Shown one piece after another: positions 19,372 through 29,611 of a stretch of 64,000 nt of DNA (position 1 is its first letter; each line of letters opens with the position of its first letter). The position numbers were made by a program, and so were the translations under genes. The stretch is from assembly GCA_030753015.1 (NCBI GenBank), contig JASMDC010000006.1, positions 64,001 to 128,000 of the forward strand, in the 5' to 3' direction. This DNA is from Candidatus Undinarchaeales archaeon. GTDB lineage: Archaea; SpSt-1190; JASMDC01. Below the pieces are notes generated by a model. The model had not been told where the DNA came from, did no database searches, and saw nothing but the letters and a program-made list of their open reading frames with translations.

Positions 19372-20799
19372 CTACTCCTTCGCCTTCTGGATGATGACCT
19401 TGTCAGCGTAGATCCTGGCGTTCTTGAAGGTGAACTTGAAGCCACCGCCGCCCGGAACGGTCATTGCCGGGAGCGTCATAGCGGGTGCACCTGCCGGGAC
19501 CTGCATGAGAGTAGCGGGAGATGCGGTCACTGGTACGATCTCGCTTGCTGCTGGAGCGGGTGCCTCGGCCGGAATCTCTTCTTCCACCGGTTTTGCCCAG
19601 GCCTGAGCGAGAGGGTGCCCCTTCTCCTCGAGGAACGATTTCAGCCCCTTGAGGTTCTTGACGTCCTCGGTAGCGATCTTGTCCTTGAACTCCTCAGGGA
19701 TGAAATCCACGATGGAGTCGAAAATCACCTTGGGCATCCAGGCGACCTTGGTCCAGCCGCCGTCCCCTTGGAGGAACTTCTTGGACCGGAAATACTCGAC
19801 TGCCGTCCCCAGGAATCCCTCGGTCTGCTCGCCGCCGCCGGTCTGTTCCGCCATCTGGGAGAACTTCAGACCGTTCACACAGGTCTCCATGTACTCCCTG
19901 TTGACGAGACCGACACCGTCGATCTCAGGGATGTAGAACACGATGGCCTCGAAGCAACCGCATGATGTGTGGGGCAGTCCGAACATGGAGTGGAGGTAGA
20001 TCTCCTTGGTAACTCCGCCCGACTTCTCGTCAACGGCCTCGTCCACACCGGAATATTGTCCCTTACCAGCGTCCAGTACCTCGCCCTTCTCGATCACGAA
20101 GTTGGGGCCTTCCGGATCGATCCGTGCGCTGGCACGTGCATCGAACCAGGAGATCGCGCCGCACAGGGCCATGCGCTCAGGGGTGATGACACAGATGTGG
20201 ATGGGTGCAAAGGACTGGCAGAGGATACAGCCATAGAACTCGTCCACCTCGTCGTCCGTCAGTGTCCGCGCCCGGGCATCACGTGCCTCGTAGATCTCGC
20301 GTGCGCTCTTGATCCTCGACTCGATATCCTTCTCGTCGGTGTAGATGAATGCCTCCATCTTCTCGATGAACTTGAACTCCTGCTTCATCAGCTGGATGGT
20401 GATCTTTCCGAGATGCTCTAGGGTGAGGCCTTTCTTCACGTCCTCCTTGTTGACCCTGATCCAGATATCGTAGCGCTGGTTCAGGTGCATCACGCCCTCG
20501 ACGTAATTGAAGAAGTCGTGGATCCTCCGCTCGAGCACCGGCTCCAGGTCCTTCTCCATCTTCTTGCCGGCGACGTGAAAGATGATCGCGATAGGGGCTC
20601 TCGAGCGAGCCTCGAAATCGGCCAGGCCCTTCCCGACGACGGTCACCTTCCCGTCCTTGACGTCTTTTGGCGCCTTCATCTGGACCAGCTCGAACTTGTT
20701 CGGTACCTTCGGGCCACCGAACTCGACATGCATCTGTTGTTGCCTGATCCGCTCTCCCTCGTGGACGATTCCCACTTCTACTGGTATGTCCTCGAACAT
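19372..20799 (-). CDS. cdhC: ACDS beta subunit (acetyl-CoA synthase)
   Basis: EGERIR, HLNQRYDIW, GCILCQSFAP.H.C, PHTSCGCFE. Confidence 0.96.
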   Translation of the reverse strand: MFEDIPVEVGIVHEGERIRQQQMHVEFGGPKVPNKFELVQMKAPKDVKDGKVTVVGKGLADFEARSRAPIAIIFHVAGKKMEKDLEPVLERRIHDFFNYVEGVMHLNQRYDIWIRVNKEDVKKGLTLEHLGKITIQLMKQEFKFIEKMEAFIYTDEKDIESRIKSAREIYEARDARARTLTDDEVDEFYGCILCQSFAPIHICVITPERMALCGAISWFDARASARIDPEGPNFVIEKGEVLDAGKGQYSGVDEAVDEKSGGVTKEIYLHSMFGLPHTSCGCFEAIVFYIPEIDGVGLVNREYMETCVNGLKFSQMAEQTGGGEQTEGFLGTAVEYFRSKKFLQGDGGWTKVAWMPKVIFDSIVDFIPEEFKDKIATEDVKNLKGLKSFLEEKGHPLAQAWAKPVEEEIPAEAPAPAASEIVPVTASPATLMQVPAGAPAMTLPAMTVPGGGGFKFTFKNARIYADKVIIQKAKE

Positions 20800-20802
20800 T
20801 CA

Positions 20803-21282
20803 TCATCCCTCCAAGATCGTGTCTATCATTTTCTTCCAGCTCTTTTCGCTCATGTTAGCGAGTGAATAGGTAGCATTTGGTTGGCCGAACCTTGAGAGGT
20901 TGACCGATATCTTCTTCGAGAAGTGCTTGAGGTGACTAAAGGCCGCCGATTTCATGTAGTACGGGAATCCGATGATGAACACCACTTCGACCTCGTCGTC
21001 GTCCTTGAACCGTGAGAGGTATGCGTAGAGGTTAGTTGTATATTCCGGCTCCTTCTTGGTGAGGTTCTTGAGGAGCTTGTACCCGCTCCCCACACCGATC
21101 AGCCTCATGTTCTTGCGCTTCACCGCCGTCTTCGCGAGCTTCCCAGCAAGGTCCGGATCGGTGTGCGCGCCCATGAGCACGAGGCACTTCTTCTTAAGCA
21201 GCGCAGCCGCGATCTTCTCGTTCAGCTGGCGAGCCCGCTTCGAGCCGGGGACGTTGCCGAGGTTCCACGCCTCCACCGACAT
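20803..21282 (-). CDS. cdhB: ACDS epsilon subunit
   Basis: Position between cdhA and cdhC; size; GFPYY..S..LKHF and QPNATYS motifs. Confidence 0.85.
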   Translation of the reverse strand: MSVEAWNLGNVPGSKRARQLNEKIAAALLKKKCLVLMGAHTDPDLAGKLAKTAVKRKNMRLIGVGSGYKLLKNLTKKEPEYTTNLYAYLSRFKDDDEVEVVFIIGFPYYMKSAAFSHLKHFSKKISVNLSRFGQPNATYSLANMSEKSWKKMIDTILEG

Positions 21283-23585
21283 CAGACCCTCACCTGCCTT
21301 TCCAGCAATGTCGGATCCACCGTCTTCTTCCGCTTCCAGCCCTTCTTCTTCAGTTCCTTGAGTAGCATTTCCCGGGAGGTGAGCGGGATGTCCTGTTCGG
21401 TGCGGATGAACTTATCGATGTCGTCCGGGAACCGGTCCAGGTACTTATGTGAGAGGTCGATGTAATGCGACAGCTTTATCTGGCGGCCCTTGGTGGTGTC
21501 GTTGGGCCGGATGCAGAGCTTGCAGGCCATGACGATGGTCTCCTCCACGGTCTCAGCGACGTAGAGGAGGTGCTCTGGGCACGGATCGATCTGGACCTGC
21601 TCGCCGTCCCGGGCGTTTAACACCGTCCACGCCTCGGGATCGTCCGCGTCCCCGAGCATCAGGCGTCGGTAGATGTTCCCCTGGGGCCCGACTATCACCG
21701 GAATCCCCATACGGTTCACGCCCGTGGCGATGGATGCCGCCTTCTGGGCATACGCACCCCAGGCAATGCCCACAGCGCCCAGTCGGTTGAGGATGTAGTC
21801 CGCGATCTCCTCGTAGTTTGCCCTGAGCTTCCGATGGGCGAAGATGGCCGCCACCTTAACAGCGGCCCCCAGGATGTGGGCGTTGGCCACGCATGAGCCC
21901 ACGTTGACCAGGCAACCCTTGTCGAAGTCGCCCGGATACCGCTCGAACAGGTCCGAGTAGATGGCGATGTCCATGGCGGTGCAGCCGGACACGGCCACGA
22001 TGTATCCCCTCTTGAGGAATTCCTCGGCGATGGTCGCGTTGACGCTGCCGCCCTCGTGGTTGGGGCATCCGACCATAGCAATGATCCCGGGGATCTCCCC
22101 GAATACGATGGGCTGCCCAACAGTCCGGATCTCAACATCCTGGATAGGGCCTCTGCCGACCCTCAGCTTGGATTTCTGGTTCGCGATCTTGTCCTTGGCG
22201 GCCGCCAGGACCATCTCGGTGATGGGCAGATCCTTATCGCAGGCGCTCTCGCACTTCCCACAGCCCATGCACTCGTCGAAGAACCTGCCGAGCTCCGATT
22301 CGTCCCCATCTGCGGCCTTCTTCATGGCCCCGGGGACGTCCTTGTTGAAGTGGCAGTTTCGCCGGCATAGCTGACACTGGGTGCAAGTGCTCGCCAGCTC
22401 GGCCAGGTTGAGCTTGAGGTAGGGGTTTTTCTTGGACTTTCGCTTCTTGAACATGTCTCGGGCCAGCTCCACGGCCACCTCGCCCACCTTGTCGAAGTCG
22501 GGGATGTACGCACCGGGGAACTCGCCGCCCTTCAGCTTGTCGATGATGACCGCAGGCTCCTCGTTGGTCATGTCCGGAAGCCCGGCAGTAGCCTTGTTCG
22601 ATGTCGTCAAGAGAGGGGTGTTGGTGGCCTTTGCGTGCTCCAGCACGTCGGTCCGGATGCACTGCTCGTCGACGACGATCACGTCGGCGACACCCATCTT
22701 GAGGAACCTCAGTTGCATGGAGAGGGGCCCTATGACCTTCGCCCGGTGGTCGTGCCGCGTGATGTCGTGTGAGGTGCAACATATCCCTGCCAGTTCAACC
22801 TTGTCGTACAGGTCATTCTTGTCCAGATAATCAGATACATCTGTACCGGACACCAGGTTGTGGCCGATGAGCAGGATGACGGGTTTGTCCGAGTCCACTA
22901 CTCCCATACCTATGTCCACCAGGGGTGTGTCACTCTCGCCTTTAGGCATGTCGAACCCGATGATCTGGATGATGTCCGCGACCTCCATGGCAAGGATGTC
23001 GATCATGCTCACGTGGAATGTCTTGGAGTTGAGGTCGATGTCATCGCCCTCATCGCCGGTGTGGGTGGATGCGAGGGCGTGGATGATCTCCGCCTCGCAG
23101 TAGTTGAGCACCTTCCTGAAGTCCCCGAACCTTCGCGGCTTGATGCCTGTAATGAGCCTGGTGAGCGGTGCCTCGATGGTGATCTGGCCGCCAAGGTCGA
23201 CCTTTGTATTGGCTCCCTCCCTCTCGATGAGCACCTCTAAGAGGTGGCGGGCGTGGGCTGCGTGGGCGGAGGCCCCGATGCAACAGGCAAGAAGTACGAT
23301 CCTTGCCTGTTGGGCATCGATCTTGATGCCGCATGCGCCCTTCTTCCCCATGAGATCGCACTTACCCATAGTGCACAGGTCGCAAATATCACTTGCGGGC
23401 ATGTAGAACGGCTTATACCTCTTCAGGAGCTTGTGATCCCATTCCCTGAGATCGGTAAGACCGGGGAACGGCGTGGGGCCTTCTTCCTCCTCCCAGTCTT
23501 CGACGACCTCGCCGATGTTGATTTGAAGTTTGCCGATATCCGTATCTAGGATATCTTTTGTGGAATCCGCTTCTTTCTCACCCAT
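21282..23585 (-). CDS. cdhA: ACDS alpha subunit (CO dehydrogenase)
   Basis: GPTPFP, CDLCTMGKC, IGHN, GICCT, DEQC, GSCV, two extra [4Fe-4S] motifs; start MGEKEA at 23585 after a GGAGGTG RBS. Confidence 0.96.
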   Translation of the reverse strand: MGEKEADSTKDILDTDIGKLQINIGEVVEDWEEEEGPTPFPGLTDLREWDHKLLKRYKPFYMPASDICDLCTMGKCDLMGKKGACGIKIDAQQARIVLLACCIGASAHAAHARHLLEVLIEREGANTKVDLGGQITIEAPLTRLITGIKPRRFGDFRKVLNYCEAEIIHALASTHTGDEGDDIDLNSKTFHVSMIDILAMEVADIIQIIGFDMPKGESDTPLVDIGMGVVDSDKPVILLIGHNLVSGTDVSDYLDKNDLYDKVELAGICCTSHDITRHDHRAKVIGPLSMQLRFLKMGVADVIVVDEQCIRTDVLEHAKATNTPLLTTSNKATAGLPDMTNEEPAVIIDKLKGGEFPGAYIPDFDKVGEVAVELARDMFKKRKSKKNPYLKLNLAELASTCTQCQLCRRNCHFNKDVPGAMKKAADGDESELGRFFDECMGCGKCESACDKDLPITEMVLAAAKDKIANQKSKLRVGRGPIQDVEIRTVGQPIVFGEIPGIIAMVGCPNHEGGSVNATIAEEFLKRGYIVAVSGCTAMDIAIYSDLFERYPGDFDKGCLVNVGSCVANAHILGAAVKVAAIFAHRKLRANYEEIADYILNRLGAVGIAWGAYAQKAASIATGVNRMGIPVIVGPQGNIYRRLMLGDADDPEAWTVLNARDGEQVQIDPCPEHLLYVAETVEETIVMACKLCIRPNDTTKGRQIKLSHYIDLSHKYLDRFPDDIDKFIRTEQDIPLTSREMLLKELKKKGWKRKKTVDPTLLERQVRV

Positions 23586-23652
23586 GCTGAGCGCACCTCC
23601 GTCCAGTGCCGGAAAAACACTCTCCCGGACACGTCGGGAGAAAGCCGAAACG

Positions 23653-23664
23653 TTAATATATATA
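23653..23664 (-). promoter_or_regulatory. Putative TATA box of the Wood-Ljungdahl operon
   Basis: TATATATATTAA on the - strand, about 70-80 nt upstream of the cdhA ATG, within GC-rich surroundings. Confidence 0.55.
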
Positions 23665-23915
23665 CCGTATGCGCAAGCTGTAATACACAAAGGTGGCTCT
23701 TACAAGGGTTCGCATAAATTGGCTCCTTTTATCATCGTAAGCTCACCGAGGTAAAACAATAACAAGTGCTTCACCTTATCGAGGATATACCTCAAAGTGA
23801 GAGGAGTTTCCGCATCGACAATGAGCGGCGGTCTTCGACCACTCTCGATTGGGTGCCCAAATCCACGAAGGTTTGGATGACCTCCCGAACACCCGATCGT
23901 CGGACTATCAGCTGA

Positions 23916-24926
23916 TTATTCGCTTCCTACGATCTGTCCCGCGATCTCCTGTACCTTGATCGCGTTGTCGATAGTGATGTCGGGCGTCTTGCCCTGGAGG
24001 ATGGACTGGACGAAGTGGGCGTCCGTCTGGCGGTGTCCCCACACCCTCGTGCCCCGCACCGAAAGGTCCCATTCCTGCCGCTCCGGCTCGGAGCCGTAGA
24101 GGATAATCTTATCGGTGTTGATGGCGTGGAGTACGTTCGTGTTGTCCCCGTACACCTCTAGCCGGCTGATGGCGGCTGCGGCGTTGGTGGTGGCCCCGTA
24201 GTGCAGATTGCCAACGATCCCGTTGGAGAGCTTGATCACGCCCATGGTGTTGTAACCGGTAATCCCGCCGGCTTCCTCGAGCTTGGGGTAGCTGGGTTTC
24301 CATGCCACGCTCTCGATCTCACAATCGAACATCCACCGGAACATGTCAAGCGACCATACCGAGAGGGTGAAGTCGGGATATCCGCCGCTCTTCTCTAGGT
24401 TCCAGGCCCAGGATCCAGGGGGCCACTGCTCTGCCAGTGCCGAAGCCGGGATGAACTCGCGGAAGTGGAGGGCGATGGGCTTGCCGATAGTTCCGGCCTT
24501 GATCATCTCCTTGATCTTGACGTAGATCGGTGCGAACCGGAAGTTGAGGTTGGGCATCAGGACGACCCCTGCTTCCTCGGCGGCCTTGCCAAGCTCCTTC
24601 GTCTGCTCGATGGTCGCGGCTACCGGCATCTCACAAAGGACGTGCTTCCCCTTCTTGATGGCCTGCATGGCCATGTTGTAATGGAGGGGTGTCGGGAGCG
24701 AGAGCACAACGGCCTCAACCTTTTCGTCCTCCAGGAGCTCATTATAATCCAGGTAGTACGGCACGTCGTACTTCTTCGCAAGGGGCTTCACCCGATCCTC
24801 TGCCAGATCGCAGAGGGCTATAAGATTCGAACCCTCGATCTTCTTGAAAGCGGGGACATGCGCCTGCCCCCCGACGAAACCTACGCCAACGACAGCGACT
24901 CCAACATTATCAGCCATAATATTCAC
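23916..24926 (-). CDS. Gfo/Idh/MocA family NAD(P)-dependent oxidoreductase
   Basis: VAVVGVGFVG, PTPLH, KHVLCEMP (canonical EKP), NFRFAP. Confidence 0.88.
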   Translation of the reverse strand: MNIMADNVGVAVVGVGFVGGQAHVPAFKKIEGSNLIALCDLAEDRVKPLAKKYDVPYYLDYNELLEDEKVEAVVLSLPTPLHYNMAMQAIKKGKHVLCEMPVAATIEQTKELGKAAEEAGVVLMPNLNFRFAPIYVKIKEMIKAGTIGKPIALHFREFIPASALAEQWPPGSWAWNLEKSGGYPDFTLSVWSLDMFRWMFDCEIESVAWKPSYPKLEEAGGITGYNTMGVIKLSNGIVGNLHYGATTNAAAAISRLEVYGDNTNVLHAINTDKIILYGSEPERQEWDLSVRGTRVWGHRQTDAHFVQSILQGKTPDITIDNAIKVQEIAGQIVGSE

Positions 24927-25029
24927 CCGATCACCTCTCCCCGAACCGTTGTCAATATTAAAAACCTAGCCCCTGCGCCGACTGCAAACGAAGCCGTCGG
25001 CCAGTGGTCCCGGAGAAGGCTCGGGCGTA

Positions 25030-25416
25030 TCATCCCTTAGGAAACATTTGCACGCTCTTTGCAATGCTCCTAGTCGTGATGATCCCCACGATGTCCCCGC
25101 CGTCCACGACGATGAGCCGCCTGATGTTCGACCGGCCCATGAGCGCGCTCGCCTCGCCGATTTCCCCATCCTTCTCGATGGTGATGAGGCGAGAGGACAT
25201 GACTTGGTGCACGTAGGTCGTGGTGGGATCGAGCCCGTACGCCACAACCTTACGCAGGATGTCACGCTCGGTGATGATACCAATGACCTCCCCGCTTTCC
25301 TCCACGAGGACGGACCCGCGTCTCTCCCTGTCCATGAGTTTTGCAGCCTGCGCCACCGTCTTGTGGTGGTCGATCTTCATCACGTCATGCATGATGTCCT
25401 TGACCGTTAGCGTCAT
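25030..25416 (-). CDS. CBS-pair protein
   Basis: VKDIM, GIITERD, IRRL.V, VGIIT. Confidence 0.9.
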   Translation of the reverse strand: MTLTVKDIMHDVMKIDHHKTVAQAAKLMDRERRGSVLVEESGEVIGIITERDILRKVVAYGLDPTTTYVHQVMSSRLITIEKDGEIGEASALMGRSNIRRLIVVDGGDIVGIITTRSIAKSVQMFPKG

Positions 25417-25438
25417 TTAGTTTCCACCTCGTCATAAC

Positions 25439-26068
25439 TCAGGCAGTCTTTGCCTTGATCTTCTTGAGCTGGACGAAGCTGGAGCGCTCCATTTCGTCGA
25501 GCTTCATCTTGATGTACCTCACCGTGGCCTCCAGCTTGGGAATGAGAACGTATTCCAGAGCGTTCACGCGCCGCCTCGTCCGCTCGATCTCGAGCGCGAG
25601 GACCTTGATGGACTTCTCGGACTCGCCCAGTTTCACGATGTCCTCGAGTACCTCCTCGAACCGCTTGGCCGCCTCGTCGACCTCCGACGTGGTGCCCGCG
25701 ATGGAGTAGCCTCGCTCGAGCCCAACATCCCCCACCTTGAGCCGGAAGGCCGGTGTCTTGACGTTCATCACGCCAGTGGTAGTTATGCTGAGCATGGCCC
25801 TCCTCCTGAGGAGGAGGGAGGCAACCTCCGTGCTCTCGGCTCCGCTCACAACCTGGGCGGCGATGAGGGCCTCGAAGGCCTCGGCCAGCCGCACCTCTGT
25901 CTTGGAGCGAAGCTTGCTCGTCCTCTGGACAATCTCCATGAACTGGCGTACCATGCCCTCGTTCTTCTCCTTCAGGAGCTTGTGGCCTTTCTTTGCGAGC
26001 TTGGTCTTCTTTTTTAGGTGGAGGAGCTCCATCCGTGTGGGGTTGACGTTGAGGATCTCCTGGGCCAC
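25439..26068 (-). CDS. atpD: A/V-type ATP synthase subunit D
   Basis: NPTRMEL, KGHKLLK, TRRRVNALE. Confidence 0.95.
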   Translation of the reverse strand: MAQEILNVNPTRMELLHLKKKTKLAKKGHKLLKEKNEGMVRQFMEIVQRTSKLRSKTEVRLAEAFEALIAAQVVSGAESTEVASLLLRRRAMLSITTTGVMNVKTPAFRLKVGDVGLERGYSIAGTTSEVDEAAKRFEEVLEDIVKLGESEKSIKVLALEIERTRRRVNALEYVLIPKLEATVRYIKMKLDEMERSSFVQLKKIKAKTA

Positions 26069-27481
26069 CTAGGATGACACCTCGGCTTCCGCCTTCTTGG
26101 GAAGGTACTTCTCGATGAACTCCTCATCGATGCGCTTGAGCTCCGACTTCGGCAAGTCCGAGAGGAGTTCCCACGAGATGCGAAGGGTGTCCTCGATAGT
26201 CCTGTGCTCGTGCCTCCCCTGGCCGATGAACCGCTCCTCGAAGTTGTCTGCGAAGTTGAGGTATTTCGCGTCGATGTCGCTGAGGGCGGCCTCGCCGATG
26301 ACGGCCACGAGCTCGCGCATGTCCCTGCCGCGAGCGTAAGCCGAGTAGAGTTGGTTTGACACCCCGTGGTGGTCGGCCCGCGTCTTGCCCTCGCCGATGC
26401 CCTTGGTCATGAGCCTTGAGAGGCACGGGAGGATGTCGATGGGCGGATACACACCACGTCGTACCATGTCCCTGCTGAGGACGATCTGACCCTCCGTGAT
26501 GTAGCCCGTGAGGTCGGGGATGGGATGGGTGATGTCATCCTCCGGCATGGAGAGGATAGGGAGCTGGGTGATGGATCCCTTCTTGCCGTAGATCTTGCCG
26601 GCGCGCTCGTAGAGGCTGGACAGGTCTGTGTACATGTAGCCGGGGTACCCGCGGCGTCCTGGGACCTCGTTGCGCGCAGCCGAGATCTCGCGCAGAGCCT
26701 CGCAGTAGTTCGTCATGTCGGTGAGGATGACGAGCACGTGCATCTCAAGCTCGAAGGCGAGGTACTCCGCGGCGGTTAGTGCCATGCGCGGCGTTGCGAT
26801 GCGCTCGATCGCCGGATGGTCCGCCAGGTTCATGAACACCACCGAGCGCTCGATGGCTCCTGTCTTGCGGAAGTCGGTGATGAAGAAGTTCATCTCCTCG
26901 AAGGTGATCCCCATAGCGCCGAACACCACCGCGAAGTCACCCGCCCCCTCCTCCAGCACTCGCGCCTGGCGGGCGATCTGGGCGGCGAGCTCGTTGTGCG
27001 GCAGCCCTGATCCGCTGAAGATGGGAAGCTTCTGGCCCCGCACGAGCGTGTTCATGAGGTCGATGGACGACACTCCAGTCTCGATGAAGTCGGCGGGGTA
27101 CTCCCGAGCCGTGGGATTGATAGGGTTTCCGATGATGTCCATCATCTTCTCGGGCACGATGGCCGGACCCTTGTCGATGGGCTTTCCCAGGCCGCTGAAC
27201 ACGCGCCCAAGGATGTCGGGGGACACGGCCAGCTCAACGGACTTCCCGGTGAACTTGAGCTTGGTATCCCCGATGTTGATACCGGAGGTTCCTTCGAACA
27301 CCTGGACCACGGCCGTGTTCCCGGACACCTCGAGCACCTGGCCGAGCCTCTGTTCGCCGCCAGAGAGCTCGATCTTGACGAGCTCGTTGTAGGCAACGTC
27401 ACGGACGTTCTCGACGATGACGAGGGGACCGGAGATCTCCGTCACACCCATGTACTCCCGAAGCTTGCTGATGTCACTCAC
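26069..27481 (-). CDS. atpB: A/V-type ATP synthase subunit B
   Basis: [44 protein letters not shown]; GTG start at 27481 after GGAGGTGA. Confidence 0.96.
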   Translation of the reverse strand: MSDISKLREYMGVTEISGPLVIVENVRDVAYNELVKIELSGGEQRLGQVLEVSGNTAVVQVFEGTSGINIGDTKLKFTGKSVELAVSPDILGRVFSGLGKPIDKGPAIVPEKMMDIIGNPINPTAREYPADFIETGVSSIDLMNTLVRGQKLPIFSGSGLPHNELAAQIARQARVLEEGAGDFAVVFGAMGITFEEMNFFITDFRKTGAIERSVVFMNLADHPAIERIATPRMALTAAEYLAFELEMHVLVILTDMTNYCEALREISAARNEVPGRRGYPGYMYTDLSSLYERAGKIYGKKGSITQLPILSMPEDDITHPIPDLTGYITEGQIVLSRDMVRRGVYPPIDILPCLSRLMTKGIGEGKTRADHHGVSNQLYSAYARGRDMRELVAVIGEAALSDIDAKYLNFADNFEERFIGQGRHEHRTIEDTLRISWELLSDLPKSELKRIDEEFIEKYLPKKAEAEVSS

Positions 27482-29258
27482 GCTTCTCACCTCCATACTT
27501 CTCGACGAGCGCAAGCACCTGATTCTGCATCTCGTCCTCGAGATTCTTTACGTGCGCCTCTATCTCCTCCTCCTTCACGAACTTGGTACGTGCGATGCGC
27601 TCGCGCACGGGGATGGCGAGGAGGTCAGCCAGGGGGATTCTCTCGGCCAGCACCCCGAGACCGGCGTTGTGCATCTTGAGGATAAGGCCCATGATGAGCA
27701 ACTGCTTCCTTCCCGAGGTGTAGGTGTCCACTTCGTGGAAGGCGTTCTGCTGGAGGAAGTCCTCGCGGATCGACCGCGTCGTCTCGAGCAGGAACCTGTC
27801 AGAGGGCCGGAGGGCATCGGGGCCCACGAGCTTCACGATCTCCTCGAGCTCCGCCTCCTTCTGGAGGAGCTTCATAGCCTCCTTTCGCAGCCCCTTCCAC
27901 TCGGCGGACACGTTGGTGCGCCACCACTCCTCGACGTCATCCAAATACAGGGAATAGCTCTGGAGCCAGTTGATGCTCGGGAAGTGCCTGCGGTCGGCAA
28001 GCTTAGCGTCCAGGGCCCAGAACACCTTTGTGATACGCAGCGTGTTCTGGGTCACCGGCTCCGAGAAGTCCCCTCCCGGCGGGGACACGGCCCCAACCAC
28101 GGTGAGGGACCCCTCCCGTTCGTCGGTCCCCAGGGTGATAACCCGACCTGCACGCTCGTAGAACGCGGCCACCTTGGATGCCAGGTAGGCGGGGTAGCCC
28201 TCCTCCCCGGGCATCTCCTCCAGCCGCCCCGATATCTCTCGGAGTGCCTCGGCCCACCGCGACGTAGAGTCGGCCATGAGACCTACCGAATAGCCCATGT
28301 CCCGGTAGTACTCCGCTAACGTGATACCCGTGTAGATGCTGGCCTCTCTTGCAGCCACCGGCATGTTGGACGTGTTGGCGATGAGCACGGTCCTGTCCAT
28401 GAGAGGCAGACCCGACTTGGGATCCTTGAGCTCGGGGAACTCGCGGAGCACGTCGGTCATCTCATTGCCGCGTTCTCCACAGCCGATGTAGACGATGATG
28501 TCCGTGTCAGCCCATTTCGCGAGCTGGTGCTGGGTAACGGTCTTACCGCTCCCGAACGGGCCCGGAATGCAGGCAGTGCCGCCCTTGGCGATGGGGAAGA
28601 ACGTGTCGAGTATACGCTGGCCGGTGATGAGCGGGATATGAGGTGCCAGCTTCTCCTTGTACGGCCGTCCACGGCGCACGGGCCACTTCTGGAGCATGTT
28701 GACCTGCCGTTCCCCCTCGGGGGTCTTGATGACCGCCATCACGTCCTCGACGACATACTCGCCCTTCTTGGTGACGGAGGCCACGCTTCCGTCCGCGTCA
28801 GAGGGCACGAGGATCTTGTGCTCGACCAGGGCGCTCTCCTGAACGACCCCGACCACGTCGCCCGCCTTCACGGTATCGCCCTTCTTCACCCGTGGCTCGA
28901 AGACCCACGTCTTCTTCCTGTCAAGTGGATCAGCCTCCACCCCCCTGATGATGAACTCGCCGGCCTTCTCCTTGATGACCTGCAGGGGTCGCTGGATACC
29001 GTCGAAGATCGCCCCCATGAGCCCGGGGCCGAGCTCCACGGAGAGCGGCATGCCCGTGCTCACCACGGGCTCACCGACGCTCAGACCCGAGGTCTCCTCG
29101 TAGACCTGGATGGTTGCCGCGGCACCTAAGAGGCCGATGACCTCGCCTATGAGGCCCTGTTTCCCGACCCGGACCACGTCGAACATCTTGACGCCCTTCA
29201 TTTCATCGGCATCGATGACCGGTCCTGCTACCTTAACGATCTTGCCTTCTATTGCCAT
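27474..29258 (-). CDS. atpA: A/V-type ATP synthase subunit A
   Basis: GPFGSGKT P-loop, [32 protein letters not shown]; no intein. Confidence 0.97.
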   Translation of the reverse strand: MAIEGKIVKVAGPVIDADEMKGVKMFDVVRVGKQGLIGEVIGLLGAAATIQVYEETSGLSVGEPVVSTGMPLSVELGPGLMGAIFDGIQRPLQVIKEKAGEFIIRGVEADPLDRKKTWVFEPRVKKGDTVKAGDVVGVVQESALVEHKILVPSDADGSVASVTKKGEYVVEDVMAVIKTPEGERQVNMLQKWPVRRGRPYKEKLAPHIPLITGQRILDTFFPIAKGGTACIPGPFGSGKTVTQHQLAKWADTDIIVYIGCGERGNEMTDVLREFPELKDPKSGLPLMDRTVLIANTSNMPVAAREASIYTGITLAEYYRDMGYSVGLMADSTSRWAEALREISGRLEEMPGEEGYPAYLASKVAAFYERAGRVITLGTDEREGSLTVVGAVSPPGGDFSEPVTQNTLRITKVFWALDAKLADRRHFPSINWLQSYSLYLDDVEEWWRTNVSAEWKGLRKEAMKLLQKEAELEEIVKLVGPDALRPSDRFLLETTRSIREDFLQQNAFHEVDTYTSGRKQLLIMGLILKMHNAGLGVLAERIPLADLLAIPVRERIARTKFVKEEEIEAHVKNLEDEMQNQVLALVEKYGGEKRE

Positions 29259-29260
29259 TG

Positions 29261-29611
29261 CTATCCACCTTCTTCATCCTTTGCCAGGATGTCAACACCC
29301 ACCGCCCTCTTGATAAGCACCCGCACCTCATCCATTGCCGTCCCCTGGCTTCCATGCTTGTCGGGCAGGGGGAGGACCACGGGAAGGAACTGCTCCTCCG
29401 TGATGGCTTGGATGGTCTTGATGAGCTTGGGGGCAAAGAACTCTGTGATTAGGATGAGCGCCACGTCATCGTCGCGGCGCAGTCTGAAGAGATGCTGCTC
29501 TGCCTCCTCCACGGTGTCGGCCTCGTACGCTCGGGTGACGCCTGCGAACCTGAAACCGATGACGGTATCACGGTCCCCTATGACAGCGATCTCGTAGCTA
29601 GACATAGACAT
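29261..29611 (-). CDS. atpF: A/V-type ATP synthase subunit F
   Basis: [17 protein letters not shown]...RAVGVDI. Confidence 0.93.
   Translation of the reverse strand: MSMSSYEIAVIGDRDTVIGFRFAGVTRAYEADTVEEAEQHLFRLRRDDDVALILITEFFAPKLIKTIQAITEEQFLPVVLPLPDKHGSQGTAMDEVRVLIKRAVGVDILAKDEEGG

Noticed and set aside
544-23585. Calling the organism a methanogen
   Set aside because: No mcr, mtr or hdrB in the window; H4MPT Wood-Ljungdahl genes also occur in non-methanogenic archaea. This window cannot decide it.
27474-29258. Intein in AtpA
   Set aside because: Length (594 aa) is normal and the motifs around GCGERGNE are contiguous.
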